Positions 49,112-59,454 are shown, counted from the first letter of the stretch. The stretch: 61,965 nucleotides of DNA from an uncultured Pseudomonadales bacterium (GCA_964633875.1 CAZWKL010000002.1:89338-151302); one strand, 5' to 3'. Program-made: numbers and translations. Notes: generated from the sequence alone by a model not told the origin.

Positions 49112-51136
49112 CTAAACATCAACCTCGGCTAATTTAGCGTGAGTTTGAATAAATTTCTTGCGTGGCGCCACGTCATCTCCCATCAGGGTGCTGAAAGTAG
49201 CGTCGGCTTTGTCGGCGTCCTCGATAGTGACCCGCTTAAGAATCCTTGACTCCGGATTCATGGTGGTTTCCCAGAGTTGCTCCGGGTTCATCTCACCCAA
49301 ACCTTTGTAGCGCTGGATGCCGATGTTGGCGCCCGGATTTTCCTGGCGGATTGCTTCTACTGCCTGATGGCGTTCCTCGTCACTGTAGGCATAGATTTCC
49401 GTTTTGCCGTGGGTAATTTTGAAAAGCGGTGGCATGGCAATGTAGAGATAGCCTTGCTCGACTACTTCCGGCAGGTGGCGGAAGAAGAAAGTTAGCCCCA
49501 GGGTGGTGATGTGCTCGCCGTCCACGTCAGCGTCATTCATGAGAATAATGCGGTGGTAGCGCAGTTTTTCCGGATCGAAAGTTTCGCCGATGCCGGAGCC
49601 CAGGGCAATCACCAGGTTTTTCAGTTCTTCGAAAGCGACAATTTTGTCGAGGCGGGCGCGCTCGGTATTGAGGATTTTACCGCGGAGCGGGAAGATGGCC
49701 TGGAATTTGCGGTCGCGGCCTTGTTTGGCGCTGCCTCCCGCCGAATCGCCCTCTACAATGTAAATCTCCGACTCGGCCGGGTTGCGGCTCTGGCAGTCGG
49801 CCAGCTTGCCGGGCAAAGAACTGCCTTCAAAAACGCTTTTGCGGACCACGGCGTCCTTGGCAGCCCGGGCAGCCATGCGGGCGCGCGCCGAGAGCATAAT
49901 TTTGTCGATAATGCTTTTGCTGGCTTTGGGATGTTCTTCAAGAAAAGTGGTCAAGCCCTCTTTGAAAACTTGGTAAACGGCCGATTGGGCCTCAGAGTTA
50001 TTGAGCTTGGTTTTGGTTTGGGACTCAAACTGGAGGTCGTTGGACGGCATTTTCACAAAAACCACTGCCGCCAGGCCTTCCCGCAAATCTTCAGAATTAA
50101 AACTTTCTTTGTCCTTGAGCATCTCGTGCTTGTCGGCGTAATCCCGCAGCACCCGGCCAAGCGCCATCCGAAAACCGTTGATGTGAGTACCGCCGTCAGG
50201 CGTGCTGATCACATTGACGTAAGATTCCAGTCGCTCCTTGAAAGATTCGTTGTACTGCAGCGCCACTTCAATAGCAATTTTTTTGCCGGTACTGTCATCG
50301 GTCCAGACACCCTCAGTGTACATGACCGGGTGAATAGGCTTGCGCGACATGTTGATGTGTTCAACCAGCGACCTGATCCCACTTTCAAAATAAAAGTGCT
50401 GATAGGTGTTCTCAATCGAGTCGCGGAACTCAAAATAAATACCGGCCATGAGATAGGCGCGGTCTTTCATGACGTTGACCAGGGTTTTATGGATAAAAGT
50501 AGTAGTAGAAAAAATGGTTGGATCGGGAATAAAACTCAGCAAAGTACCGGATTCTTGGCTGGTAAAGTTTTCCGCTTCCACAGGAAACATTACCCGCACT
50601 TGTTTTTCCTGAATAATTTCTACTGGCTTTTGGGGTACGCCGCGCGAGTGCCACTGATAGTAGTACTTTTTGTCGCGCTTGACGACCACTTGCAGCAGCG
50701 AGGACAAAGCGTTGACCGCCGAAGAACCAACACCATGCAAGCCGCCACTAGCTTGATAGGCGGTTTCTTCAAACTTGCCGCCAGCGTGGAGTTTGGTCAT
50801 GACCACTTCCAGCGCGGAAACGCCGCTAACATGTTGGTCTACTGGGATACCGCGGCCGCCGTCGACCACAGTGATGGCTTCTTCACCGGCTTTCAGGCTG
50901 AGTTTGTCAATGAGTTCTTGTTGAGTGGCGGTGCGGCCGCTGCGGAAAAGCATGATCTTCTTGCCAAAGCCGGCAATAGCCTCATCAACCGCGTTATCCA
51001 AAATTTCTTTAGCTAAATGATGCAGCCCCCGAGCGTCGGTAGAGCCAATGTACATACCCGGCCTTTTACGCACCGGCTCCAGCCCTTCCAGGACTTTAAT
51101 TTCTGTAGCTTGATAATTGTTGTTATTCTTAGCCAT
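49112..51136 (-). CDS. gyrB: DNA gyrase subunit B
   Basis: GLEPVRKRPGMYIG, EILDNAVDE, HAGGKF, GGLHGVG, VEGDSAGG, PLRGKILN, DADVDG, RYKGLGEM. Confidence 0.96.
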   Translation of the reverse strand: MAKNNNNYQATEIKVLEGLEPVRKRPGMYIGSTDARGLHHLAKEILDNAVDEAIAGFGKKIMLFRSGRTATQQELIDKLSLKAGEEAITVVDGGRGIPVDQHVSGVSALEVVMTKLHAGGKFEETAYQASGGLHGVGSSAVNALSSLLQVVVKRDKKYYYQWHSRGVPQKPVEIIQEKQVRVMFPVEAENFTSQESGTLLSFIPDPTIFSTTTFIHKTLVNVMKDRAYLMAGIYFEFRDSIENTYQHFYFESGIRSLVEHINMSRKPIHPVMYTEGVWTDDSTGKKIAIEVALQYNESFKERLESYVNVISTPDGGTHINGFRMALGRVLRDYADKHEMLKDKESFNSEDLREGLAAVVFVKMPSNDLQFESQTKTKLNNSEAQSAVYQVFKEGLTTFLEEHPKASKSIIDKIMLSARARMAARAAKDAVVRKSVFEGSSLPGKLADCQSRNPAESEIYIVEGDSAGGSAKQGRDRKFQAIFPLRGKILNTERARLDKIVAFEELKNLVIALGSGIGETFDPEKLRYHRIILMNDADVDGEHITTLGLTFFFRHLPEVVEQGYLYIAMPPLFKITHGKTEIYAYSDEERHQAVEAIRQENPGANIGIQRYKGLGEMNPEQLWETTMNPESRILKRVTIEDADKADATFSTLMGDDVAPRKKFIQTHAKLAEVDV

Positions 51137-51426
51137 ACTCGATTTCTAAGCTGTTGCCAGCCGAAAGCTTTCTTATACTACTATACTTTTCAGTTCAATT
51201 CTATGCACACTTTGCCCCACTCTGTTGTATATTGTTACCATTTTTTAGTCAATGGCGCGCTAAAATGATGAACTTACATTTTAGCAGAAAATTCATTATA
51301 TTGCTAAAGTTGATTTTTCTCAATTTTTAGTGATGTATCGGGCAAAAAAGCTGGTATTTTGTTATAAAGATATCTATTTCTTAACCTTTTGATTCTGATT
51401 GATATTAAAAAACCATCACCGAGATA

Positions 51427-52134
51427 TTACTGTACCTTTTGATTGTTTTTGATCGTACTAAAAAAGCAATGTTCCAAAGCCAATTGTGGATTGAGATTTT
51501 GTTGCAAAGCGCGCTTGGCCTCAATGATTTTTGTTCCCAGCTGGATGATTTTAGAGTTGTTGTCAGCGGTTGTTTCCAGTTGGTCCACCAGCGCGCGGGA
51601 AAGACCTTGGGTGAGCTCAATCGCCCGCTCCCGGTCCTTGTACTGTTGGGCCAGTTCAATGGCTCGGCTGTAGTTGAACTGAGGCGAACTAATTTCAGCC
51701 AAAACTGCCGCCGCCTGCTCATTTTCCTTCGGCTCAACTTTCATGATCGTCGCTTGATGGATGATTTGGCACCGGGAAGTGATGGTCGGCAGGAGCGCGG
51801 CTGGTTCGTTGACTGTTAAGACGATTTGAGTGTGCGCAGGCGGCTCTTCCAGCAACTTGAGCATGGCGTTTTGGGCCGGAATGGTGGCTTTGTCGGCGTG
51901 AAGCAAGATGTGCCAGCTTTTTTTACCCTGATATGAAGCATAGGCCAGCTTTTCCAGCAAGTTTCTGATGGTGGCAATTTTCAGCGACTCTGCTTCTTGG
52001 TTGTAAAACATCACGTTGAGGGTGTTGGTGAGATTAGCAGCTGTTTTTTCTTGGGCCAGCAGTTGATTCACTGCCTCCACCTGATCAGCGCCGCTATCAC
52101 AAACCAGCAATTGAGTAATAAAGTACTTTTTCAT
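51427..52134 (-). CDS. holB: DNA polymerase III delta-prime-like clamp loader subunit (short CPR type)
   Basis: ADKATIPAQNAMLKLLEEPP, LLPTITSRC. Confidence 0.75.
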   Translation of the reverse strand: MKKYFITQLLVCDSGADQVEAVNQLLAQEKTAANLTNTLNVMFYNQEAESLKIATIRNLLEKLAYASYQGKKSWHILLHADKATIPAQNAMLKLLEEPPAHTQIVLTVNEPAALLPTITSRCQIIHQATIMKVEPKENEQAAAVLAEISSPQFNYSRAIELAQQYKDRERAIELTQGLSRALVDQLETTADNNSKIIQLGTKIIEAKRALQQNLNPQLALEHCFFSTIKNNQKVQ

Positions 52135-52164
52135 GTAGGGAATCTATTATATAGTATTGATACC

Positions 52165-54318
52165 ATGCCTGCCCAAGATTTATCAGCTCAGTCTTTGTCG
52201 ATTCCGGCTAACGATCCGGTATTGGTGACGCCCAAAGCGCCAGTAGCTGACCCCCCTCCTGTAGCAGCCTCGGATCTTGAGCCGGATAATAATTTAGTTG
52301 CTCAACAGCCTGATGAAATTGACCCGGTGACAGCGCAATCAGTTGTCGATTTACTTGATCAGCAAATTCAGTCACAAAATTTAGAGCCTGAGCCTGAGCC
52401 AGCCGCTACTCCTGAAGCTCCTGCCGCCACTCCAGCGCCAGCACCACCACCACCCGAATCACCCGAGCCCGCCGAACCCCAGCCCGCCGAACCCCAGCCC
52501 ACCGGCGAGTCGGCAGCAACTGCGCCAAGCACTCAAGCCGCCAACCCCCCACCCGCCTCAGATTCAAATTCAGGTTTTGGGAGCAATTTTCAGGCTACAT
52601 TAGCTGATATGCTGGTGCAAATGGGCGCTCTTACCGAAGCCCAGAGAAACGACCTGGAAGTAGAAAAAATCAGCACCGGCAAGCCAGAAGCAGTGTTAAT
52701 TGAAGAAAGGCAGTTAGTGAGCGAAGAGCAGCTCACCAGAGCCAAAGCCGAGCTTCATCATATTCCTTTTATCAAAATTGCCGAAGCCGGTTCCGACCCC
52801 CAAGCGCTCAACCAACTACCTGAAGTGGTGGCCAACAACTATGGTATTCTGCCGATTGCCTACGACAAACAGGAAAATACCCTCACAGTGGCCATGAAGG
52901 ATCCGCTCAATCTTTCTGCCATTGATTTTGCCGAGAGAAAAAGTGGTATGAAGCTCATTACCAGATACGCGATGCCTTCTGAACTGGATCGTGCCATCGC
53001 TGAGCACTACTCACAGAGTTTGTCGAGCGAAGTCACCGAAGCTCTGGCCCAAACTACTCAGGTAGCCCAGGCTGAGGCTCAAAAGCAAGATTACACCAAT
53101 CTTTCCCAGGAAACAATTCGCCAGGCTCCAATCACCAAAATTGTGCAAACTTTGGTGTCGTTTGCCATGAAAGCCAGAGCTTCAGATATTCATATCGAAC
53201 CTCAGGAAAGCAAGACCAGGGTGCGTTATCGCATTGACGGAATTTTGCAGGAAAAACTAATTCTCCCCTCCTCTGTTCACGAAGCGGTGATTTCTAGAGT
53301 CAAGATTCTTTCAGGGTTGAAAATTGACGAAAAACGATTGCCTCAAGACGGCCGCTTTAATTTTGTTAGTGAGGATGAAGAGGTGGACTTGCGTATTTCC
53401 ACGCTGCCTACTATTCACGGTGAAAAAGTGGTGATGCGTTTGCTCAAGAAAAACAGCTCAGTGCCGACTCTGCCAGATTTAGGTTTGCGCGGCATGGCCT
53501 TGAGAATAGTTGATGATTCCATCAAGGTGCCTCATGGCATTATTTTGGTCACTGGTCCGACTGGCTCTGGTAAAACTACCACGCTCTACTCTGTTCTCGA
53601 TAAAATCAACACTCCCAAAGTTAACATCATGACACTGGAAGATCCGGTGGAGTACCAGATGAAAGGAGTTAATCAGGTACAGATCAACCCGCAGGCGGGT
53701 CTCACTTTTGCCTCCGGTCTGCGCTCTTTTTTGCGTCAGGATCCCAACATTATTATGGTCGGTGAAATTCGGGACAGCGAAACCTCAGATTTAGCGATTC
53801 AGGCTTCACTAACCGGTCACTTGGTCTTCTCTACCCTGCATACTTCTTCGGCTGCCGGCGCGCTGCCGCGTTTGCTTGATATGGGCGCGGAGCCTTTCTT
53901 GCTGGCTTCCTCCATGACTTGTGTGATGGCGCAGCGGGTGGTCAGGCGGATCAATGCCGACTACATTGAAGAATACAAGCCTGAGCAGGCAGTGGTGGAT
54001 GATATCGCCCAGGTTTTAGGGCCGCATTTTGATGCTTGGCTGAAGCAAAACAACAAAACCCGGGAAAACCTGGTACTTTACAAGGCTAAAGACGAGCGGC
54101 CGCCCACTGAGCCGGAATACAAAGGCAGAATTGGTATTTTTGAAGTAATGCAAATCACTGAAGAAATTGGTAAACTGATTCTAGAACGTGAGCCTGCCAG
54201 CAAAATTGAAGAATTATCTCTCAAAGACGGCATGCTCCTGATGAAACAAGACGGCTACATTAAGGCTCTTGACGGGATTACGACGATTGAAGAAGTGCTG
54301 AGAGTAGCAGAAATTTAG
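52165..54318 (+). CDS. pilB: Type IV pilus assembly ATPase PilB/GspE with Pro/Ala/Glu-rich N-terminal extension
   Basis: ASDIHIEP, RYRIDG, TGPTGSGKTTT, EDPVEY, RQDPNIIMVGEIRD, GHLVFSTLH; start placed at MPAQD (52165). Confidence 0.93.
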   Translation: MPAQDLSAQSLSIPANDPVLVTPKAPVADPPPVAASDLEPDNNLVAQQPDEIDPVTAQSVVDLLDQQIQSQNLEPEPEPAATPEAPAATPAPAPPPPESPEPAEPQPAEPQPTGESAATAPSTQAANPPPASDSNSGFGSNFQATLADMLVQMGALTEAQRNDLEVEKISTGKPEAVLIEERQLVSEEQLTRAKAELHHIPFIKIAEAGSDPQALNQLPEVVANNYGILPIAYDKQENTLTVAMKDPLNLSAIDFAERKSGMKLITRYAMPSELDRAIAEHYSQSLSSEVTEALAQTTQVAQAEAQKQDYTNLSQETIRQAPITKIVQTLVSFAMKARASDIHIEPQESKTRVRYRIDGILQEKLILPSSVHEAVISRVKILSGLKIDEKRLPQDGRFNFVSEDEEVDLRISTLPTIHGEKVVMRLLKKNSSVPTLPDLGLRGMALRIVDDSIKVPHGIILVTGPTGSGKTTTLYSVLDKINTPKVNIMTLEDPVEYQMKGVNQVQINPQAGLTFASGLRSFLRQDPNIIMVGEIRDSETSDLAIQASLTGHLVFSTLHTSSAAGALPRLLDMGAEPFLLASSMTCVMAQRVVRRINADYIEEYKPEQAVVDDIAQVLGPHFDAWLKQNNKTRENLVLYKAKDERPPTEPEYKGRIGIFEVMQITEEIGKLILEREPASKIEELSLKDGMLLMKQDGYIKALDGITTIEEVLRVAEI
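52471..52500 (+). repeat. Exact 15-bp tandem duplication GCCGAACCCCAGCCC x2 (AEPQP)
   Basis: Read directly from the sequence, in frame within the PilB extension. Confidence 0.85.
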
Positions 54319-54325
54319 GGAAAGT

Positions 54326-55384
54326 ATGAATATTTTTGATGTTCTTGAACAATTAGCTCAACAGAATGGTTCCGATATCCATATTTTGGCCGGCAGCCAG
54401 ATTATGTTGAGAGTCAATGGTGTGCTCCGGCCAGCGGAAGGCTCGCCGGTTTTGGAGCCAGCTGATGCCGAAGCCTTAATTTATCCCCTGCTCACCCAAG
54501 AACAAAAAGACTACGTGCGGGTGAACAAAGAGATTGATTTGGGTTATCAATTCAAGGATGTGGGCCGTTTCAGAACTAATGTTTATCACACTCGTGGCTC
54601 TCTGGCGGCGGCGCTGCGCTTGATTCCTAGTAAAATCAGGAGCATTGAGGATCTGTTGTTGCCTGATACTTTTCATTCCTTTACCAACTACAACCAGGGC
54701 TTAATTTTGCTGACTGGTCCAACTGGGGAGGGAAAGTCCACTACTCTGGCAGCGATGATTGAGGAAATCAACCAAAATCGCTCTGAACACATTGTCACCA
54801 TTGAAGATCCGATTGAGTTTGTTTATGAACCTAAAAAAAGTATCATTTCTCAGCGCGAGGTTAATCATGATACTCATGGGTGGGATATTGCTCTGAAATC
54901 AGTGCTGCGCGAAGACCCGGACGTGGTTTTGATTGGTGAAATGCGCGACTACGAAACGATTGCCTCGGCCATCACCATCGCTGAAACCGGCCATTTGGTT
55001 TTTGCTACCTTGCACACTGCTACGGCCGCTCAAACCATAGACAGAATTGTGGATGTTTTCCCGGCTCACCAGCAAGGCCAGATTCGCCAACAGTTGGCCG
55101 CTACGATTAAAGTAGTGGCTTCACAAAGACTGCTGCCCACCAAAGATGGCGGCAGGCGGGCGGTGGTGGAGCTGATGATCGCTAATCCGGCCATCCGCAA
55201 CCTAATCCGGGAAACCAAAACCCACCAAATTGACAACGTTATCCAAACTGCCAGTGATCAAGGCATGATTCTTTTTGAGTCTCACCTCTTAAAGTTGATT
55301 CAACAAGGCGTCATTGATCAAGAAATTGCCGTTGATCATGCTTTCCGCAGAGATGAGATGAGCCGCTTACTCGGTCAAGAATAG
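54326..55384 (+). CDS. pilT: Retraction ATPase PilT
   Basis: SDIH, RFRTNVY, TGPTGEGKST, EDPIE, LREDPD, AETGHLVFATLH, AIRNLIRE. Confidence 0.95.
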   Translation: MNIFDVLEQLAQQNGSDIHILAGSQIMLRVNGVLRPAEGSPVLEPADAEALIYPLLTQEQKDYVRVNKEIDLGYQFKDVGRFRTNVYHTRGSLAAALRLIPSKIRSIEDLLLPDTFHSFTNYNQGLILLTGPTGEGKSTTLAAMIEEINQNRSEHIVTIEDPIEFVYEPKKSIISQREVNHDTHGWDIALKSVLREDPDVVLIGEMRDYETIASAITIAETGHLVFATLHTATAAQTIDRIVDVFPAHQQGQIRQQLAATIKVVASQRLLPTKDGGRRAVVELMIANPAIRNLIRETKTHQIDNVIQTASDQGMILFESHLLKLIQQGVIDQEIAVDHAFRRDEMSRLLGQE

Positions 55385-55392
55385 AGAAACCT

Positions 55393-56595
55393 ATGCCATT
55401 TTTTAAATACAAAGCCAAAAACGAGTACAACGAAACGGTGAGTGGCAAAGTTGAGGCCAAAACTATTCATGGCGCTTCGACTGTTCTTTCCAGCCGCGGT
55501 TTGCTGGTAATCAGCCTCAGTCCACTCACGGAAGGTTCGTTTACGGTAATCAAGGAGTTTCTTTCCGGAGTGAAGCAGGATGACGTGGTTAATTTCACCC
55601 GCCAGTTGGCAACCATGATTACAGCTGGTTTGCCTTTGGCCAATGCTTTGTCTATTTTGGTTCGCCAGAGCAAGGCGGAAATGTCTCGCCTGGTAGCGCA
55701 ATTGCTTCAGGAAGTGGAAGGCGGCACTTCTTTTGGTGAGGCGCTGGCCAAGCATCCTAATATCTTTTCCCGGATTTATATTCAGTTGGTAAACGCTGGT
55801 GAGGCAGGCGGCGTGATGGATGAGGTTTTGCAGCGCTTGGCGGATAACATGGAGAAATCTAAGGAGTTCCGGGCCAAAACCAAGGGCGCGATGATTTACC
55901 CGGCTATTGTCTTGATTGCGATGCTGGTGGTGGGTTTCATTATGATGGTTTTTGTAATTCCCAAGTTGACGGAAATGTATGACGACTTTGGTGCAGAACT
56001 GCCACTGGCCACCCAAATCTTGATTGGTGTTTCCAATATGATGGCTCGATTTTGGTACATAGTAATTGCCGGTGTAGCAGGCGGCGTTTTCGCTTTGCGC
56101 CGATGGCACAAAACTGATAACGGCGAGCGGGCGATTGACGGTTTTGTTTTGCGGCTGCCGATTTTTGGCGAGCTGAGGCAGAAAATTATTCTAACTGAGT
56201 TTGCCAGAACCTTGTCACTGCTGTTGGGTGCGGGCATTTCTTTGTTGCAAGCTTTGGAAATCGTCACTGAAGGTGTGGGCAACCGGATTTATCGTGAAGC
56301 TTTGGCTGAAGTAACCAAGCAGGTGGAAAAAGGGGTGTCTCTTTCTGAGGCTCTGGGTCATTATGAAATGTTTCCGCCAATTTTGCACCAAATGATGGGA
56401 GTGGGTGAAGAAACCGGCAAACTCGACGAAATTTTGCTTAAACTTTCTACTTATTTCGAATCTGAAAGTGAGCATGCGGTCAAAAACCTGACTGCAGCTA
56501 TGGAGCCGATGATCATGATTGTGCTAGGTATTGGTGTGGGGGCGATGGTGATTGCTATCATTATGCCGATTTACAGCCTGACCAGCCAATTCTAG
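55393..56595 (+). CDS. pilC: Type IV pilus/T2SS platform protein PilC (GspF family)
   Basis: FTRQLATM..AG, GE..G, YP, GEETGKLD, EP.MI. Confidence 0.95.
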   Translation: MPFFKYKAKNEYNETVSGKVEAKTIHGASTVLSSRGLLVISLSPLTEGSFTVIKEFLSGVKQDDVVNFTRQLATMITAGLPLANALSILVRQSKAEMSRLVAQLLQEVEGGTSFGEALAKHPNIFSRIYIQLVNAGEAGGVMDEVLQRLADNMEKSKEFRAKTKGAMIYPAIVLIAMLVVGFIMMVFVIPKLTEMYDDFGAELPLATQILIGVSNMMARFWYIVIAGVAGGVFALRRWHKTDNGERAIDGFVLRLPIFGELRQKIILTEFARTLSLLLGAGISLLQALEIVTEGVGNRIYREALAEVTKQVEKGVSLSEALGHYEMFPPILHQMMGVGEETGKLDEILLKLSTYFESESEHAVKNLTAAMEPMIMIVLGIGVGAMVIAIIMPIYSLTSQF

Positions 56596-56702
56596 CTCTT
56601 GGTATTTCCTCTTGCAGAGAGTAGGCTTTTTGTTATAGATTAGTAGTATAGTTGTTAGAGAACTATGTGCGTAGATAGGTAAAAATAATAAAAAGGAACC
56701 TT

Positions 56703-57338
56703 ATGAAACTGTCCACCAAACTTTCTCGTTTGGTAGCGAAACTACAAGCTACCTTGAAAACCGAAGGCGGCGTTGGTTTTACCATGATCGAGCTGCTGAT
56801 CGTGATTGCTATTCTTGGTATTTTAGCCGTGGCGGTGTTGGCGGCCATTAATCCGGTTGAGCAGATCAACCGTGGTCGGGATACCCAGTCCAAGTCTGAC
56901 GCGGAGCAGCTGATCAGCGCTATGGACAGGTTTAACGCTTTTAAGGGTTATTATCCTTGGCTAAACGCTCCAGGGGAAAGTGCAGTAGCTGTAACTCTTG
57001 ATAACACACCTCCTTGGGAGGTTGAAAGTTTGTCTGGCTGTGCAGTTTTGGATAGATTGTCAGAAGGTGACCCTAACATTGCAGGTTGTGAAGGCACGGA
57101 TGAGCTTAAAACTTCGTATACACAACGCGTCACGGCTGGCAACTACAATCACTTAAGTGTTTATAATGGGGGACAACCAGGAAACAGTACGTATGTTTGT
57201 TTTTTGCCTCGATCAAAAGCTTTCACGGATGAAGCTAGAGAAAGATGTGAGGAGCTTCATGGGCCTCTACCATCCGATTATCCTGCTGCCGCTGGTCAAG
57301 CTTGTGACGAAGATAATTACCTGATTTGCTTGCCATAA
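56703..57338 (+). CDS. Type IV pilin (probable major pilin)
   Basis: Class III signal G/FTMIELLIV; several Cys; own RBS and a strong terminator downstream. Confidence 0.88.
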   Translation: MKLSTKLSRLVAKLQATLKTEGGVGFTMIELLIVIAILGILAVAVLAAINPVEQINRGRDTQSKSDAEQLISAMDRFNAFKGYYPWLNAPGESAVAVTLDNTPPWEVESLSGCAVLDRLSEGDPNIAGCEGTDELKTSYTQRVTAGNYNHLSVYNGGQPGNSTYVCFLPRSKAFTDEARERCEELHGPLPSDYPAAAGQACDEDNYLICLP

Positions 57339-57360
57339 TCTAAAGTTAGAAATAGTCTTG

Positions 57361-57390
57361 GCCCCGGGCGCGAAAGCGACCGGGGCTTTT
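57361..57390 (+). terminator. Intrinsic terminator after the pilin
   Basis: GCCCCGG-GCGC-GAAA-GCG-A-CCGGGGC-TTTT. Confidence 0.8.
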
Positions 57391-57427
57391 TGTTTGCCTG
57401 GTCATTCTGTAGTATGATCAAAGCTGT

Positions 57428-58249
57428 ATGTCGTTGCTCTATTTGTTATTAGGCTCAGTCTTTCTTTTCATTCTAGGCACCATCATTGGCAGCTTTTTGA
57501 GTGTGGTGATTTTGCGCAGTATGCGGGGTGAGTCTTGGGTGCGCGGCAGCTCCCGCTGCGACGAGTGCGGCAAAAAAATCAAGTGGTACGATAACGTTCC
57601 CCTGCTCTCTTACTTAATTCTGGGCCGCCGCTGCCGCTACTGCCGCAAACCAATTCATCCAGTGCATTTTTTGGTGGAGTTGCTGACCGGCGCTCTTTTT
57701 GTCTGGTGGTTCCTTGGTTTTATGCTTTTTTTCCAACTGACTCAGCAGCCTTTTGCAGTGCTGCAGCCGCTTTTTTGGCTGGTGGTGGCGGTGATTTTAC
57801 TGATCATTTTTTTTATTGACCTGCTTTACTTAATTATTCCGGATTGGGCAGTGGTTGTACTCACCATAGCTACCGCCACCTACCGGTTGACGCTGGTAAC
57901 AGCCGGCATTATGCAGCCGGAAGATTTCGCGCGCACTCTACTGGCAACTGTAGTCGCTACCGGTTTTTTTGCGTTACTGTGGGCCATTACCAAAGGCAAA
58001 GGCTTGGGTTTTGGTGATGTGAAGTTGATGATCCCCCTGGGGTTACTCCTTGGCTGGCCCAACACTTTGGTGGCAGTTTTTCTGGCCTTTATTATTGGTG
58101 CGATGGTGGGACTGGGGCTAGTAATTTTTCAACGTAAAGGCATGAAGCAAGTTGTGCCTTTTGGTCCCTTTTTAATTGTTGGCGCCTTTTTGAGCTTACT
58201 CTGGGGCAGCGAACTTTTCACTTGGTATATTTCTCTTATAGCCAGGTAA
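57428..58249 (+). CDS. pilD: Prepilin peptidase
   Basis: GSFLSV, SRCDEC, NVPLLSY, CRYC, D..Y..IPD, GFGDVKL, PFGPFL. Confidence 0.95.
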   Translation: MSLLYLLLGSVFLFILGTIIGSFLSVVILRSMRGESWVRGSSRCDECGKKIKWYDNVPLLSYLILGRRCRYCRKPIHPVHFLVELLTGALFVWWFLGFMLFFQLTQQPFAVLQPLFWLVVAVILLIIFFIDLLYLIIPDWAVVVLTIATATYRLTLVTAGIMQPEDFARTLLATVVATGFFALLWAITKGKGLGFGDVKLMIPLGLLLGWPNTLVAVFLAFIIGAMVGLGLVIFQRKGMKQVVPFGPFLIVGAFLSLLWGSELFTWYISLIAR

Positions 58250-58299
58250 GAACTTTTGCCGAACCCCCCCCAATCACAAGCTACGGATTCCCTTGAAGT

Positions 58300-58356
58300 T
58301 TGTTAACTATTAACAATAACTAACAACAGCTAGTAAATGTTGTTAACTATTAACAA
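58300..58356. repeat. Two identical 17-bp palindromes TTGTTAA-CTA-TTAACAA, 40 bp apart
   Basis: Copies at 58300-58316 and 58340-58356, read directly. Confidence 0.85.
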
Positions 58357-58414
58357 AGTCCAAGTGGTTGTCGCCCCTAAATAAGCCACAACTTCTGTGC
58401 TAATATATTAATGC

Positions 58415-59383
58415 ATGCGCGTTCTTAAATACCTGCTCACTACTCTCTTTTTAGTTGTTGTGGTTTTTGGAGTTGGTTTTTTGGCGGCGCGTAAAGTGCT
58501 GCTGGTAGCCAATACAAATAAGCTGGTGGATTCTCTGGAAGTGCTGAAGCTTTCCGCAGCCAGAAACGTGGCTAGCACTGAATGTTTTGAGCTGGCTGGT
58601 GGCAACTCGGCTACGGATCAACCCATAGTTTATCAAATTCGTTTCCTCAACGATGTTGATTACGTGCTTGAAGCGGTTTGTCCGCTCAACCAGAGTAATC
58701 CGATTGAGCTGGGAACCAATGCTCTGGCTCCTTTTGTGAAAAAAGTGCCGGGCAAGTCCGGTTTTGTTTGGGATGAAAGTTTTGATACCGGCATTGAGCT
58801 TGAAGTTTTTGGTGAACTGGCGCAATTTTTAGAGGAAAATACTGCTCGCTATGTTGATAGCAGGTGGATTACTCTGTCAAGAAAAATTGTTGTAGAAAAC
58901 GGGGTGGTGAATACCGCCGCCGCCGCCCTGCCCGACTCCCAACAGCCGGTGGCCACTTGCGCAGGCTACGGTTTCACTTGCTGCGACACCATTTCCCAGG
59001 TAGGCAGCGGCGGCCAACTCGCCGGCGCCAGCCAGTGCAGCGACCACTGCTTCCGGCAGTGCCTCGACCGGCCGGTGGTACTATCTTTTGCCACCAACCC
59101 CTTTTTCAACCCCAACACCAGGCAAGTTGACGTGGTTGTCGGCACTCCCGTTACCTTCGCCTTTGTTGTTGATGAAAAAGACACCGAAGATTTTGAGGTG
59201 GTCGTTGATTTTGGCGACGGCCAGAGCGAAACTTTTTATGCCAGACAAGGGCAGGTGGCGCATGAGTATGACTGCCCTGATCCTTTTTGTAGCTATACCG
59301 CTGAGTTGACCGTCACCGATCCGGATGGCCTCAGCTCAATTGAAACGCCCATCAGCAAGATCGCTGTGAATGTGAATAAATAA
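58415..59383 (+). CDS. Membrane-anchored Cys-rich protein with C-terminal PKD domain
   Basis: N-terminal TM helix; VDFGDG..H.Y..Y...LTVTD..G PKD signature. Confidence 0.8.
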   Translation: MRVLKYLLTTLFLVVVVFGVGFLAARKVLLVANTNKLVDSLEVLKLSAARNVASTECFELAGGNSATDQPIVYQIRFLNDVDYVLEAVCPLNQSNPIELGTNALAPFVKKVPGKSGFVWDESFDTGIELEVFGELAQFLEENTARYVDSRWITLSRKIVVENGVVNTAAAALPDSQQPVATCAGYGFTCCDTISQVGSGGQLAGASQCSDHCFRQCLDRPVVLSFATNPFFNPNTRQVDVVVGTPVTFAFVVDEKDTEDFEVVVDFGDGQSETFYARQGQVAHEYDCPDPFCSYTAELTVTDPDGLSSIETPISKIAVNVNK

Positions 59384-59454
59384 ATGGAAAAACAACTCTG
59401 TTACTTGCAATTAACAACCAAGCAACACTATGATGTAAAGAAAGGTTGATAAAA

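Noticed and set aside
49511-51016. Long antisense ORFs (501 aa opposite gyrB; 294 and 254 aa opposite gyrA; others opposite cysS, purA, rpsB, pilC)
   Set aside because: Shadow frames of well-supported genes with no motifs of their own
51997-52164. N-terminal extension of the PilB ORF in the track
   Set aside because: It overlaps the holB-like gene on the opposite strand; the promoter position supports a start at 52165
58264-58271. C8 homopolymer as a phase-variation tract
   Set aside because: Intergenic, short and about 140 bp from the next start; no promoter element depends on its length
58300-58356. Mini-CRISPR array
   Set aside because: Only two 17-bp repeats, below typical CRISPR repeat length, with no leader or cas genes; kept as an operator candidate
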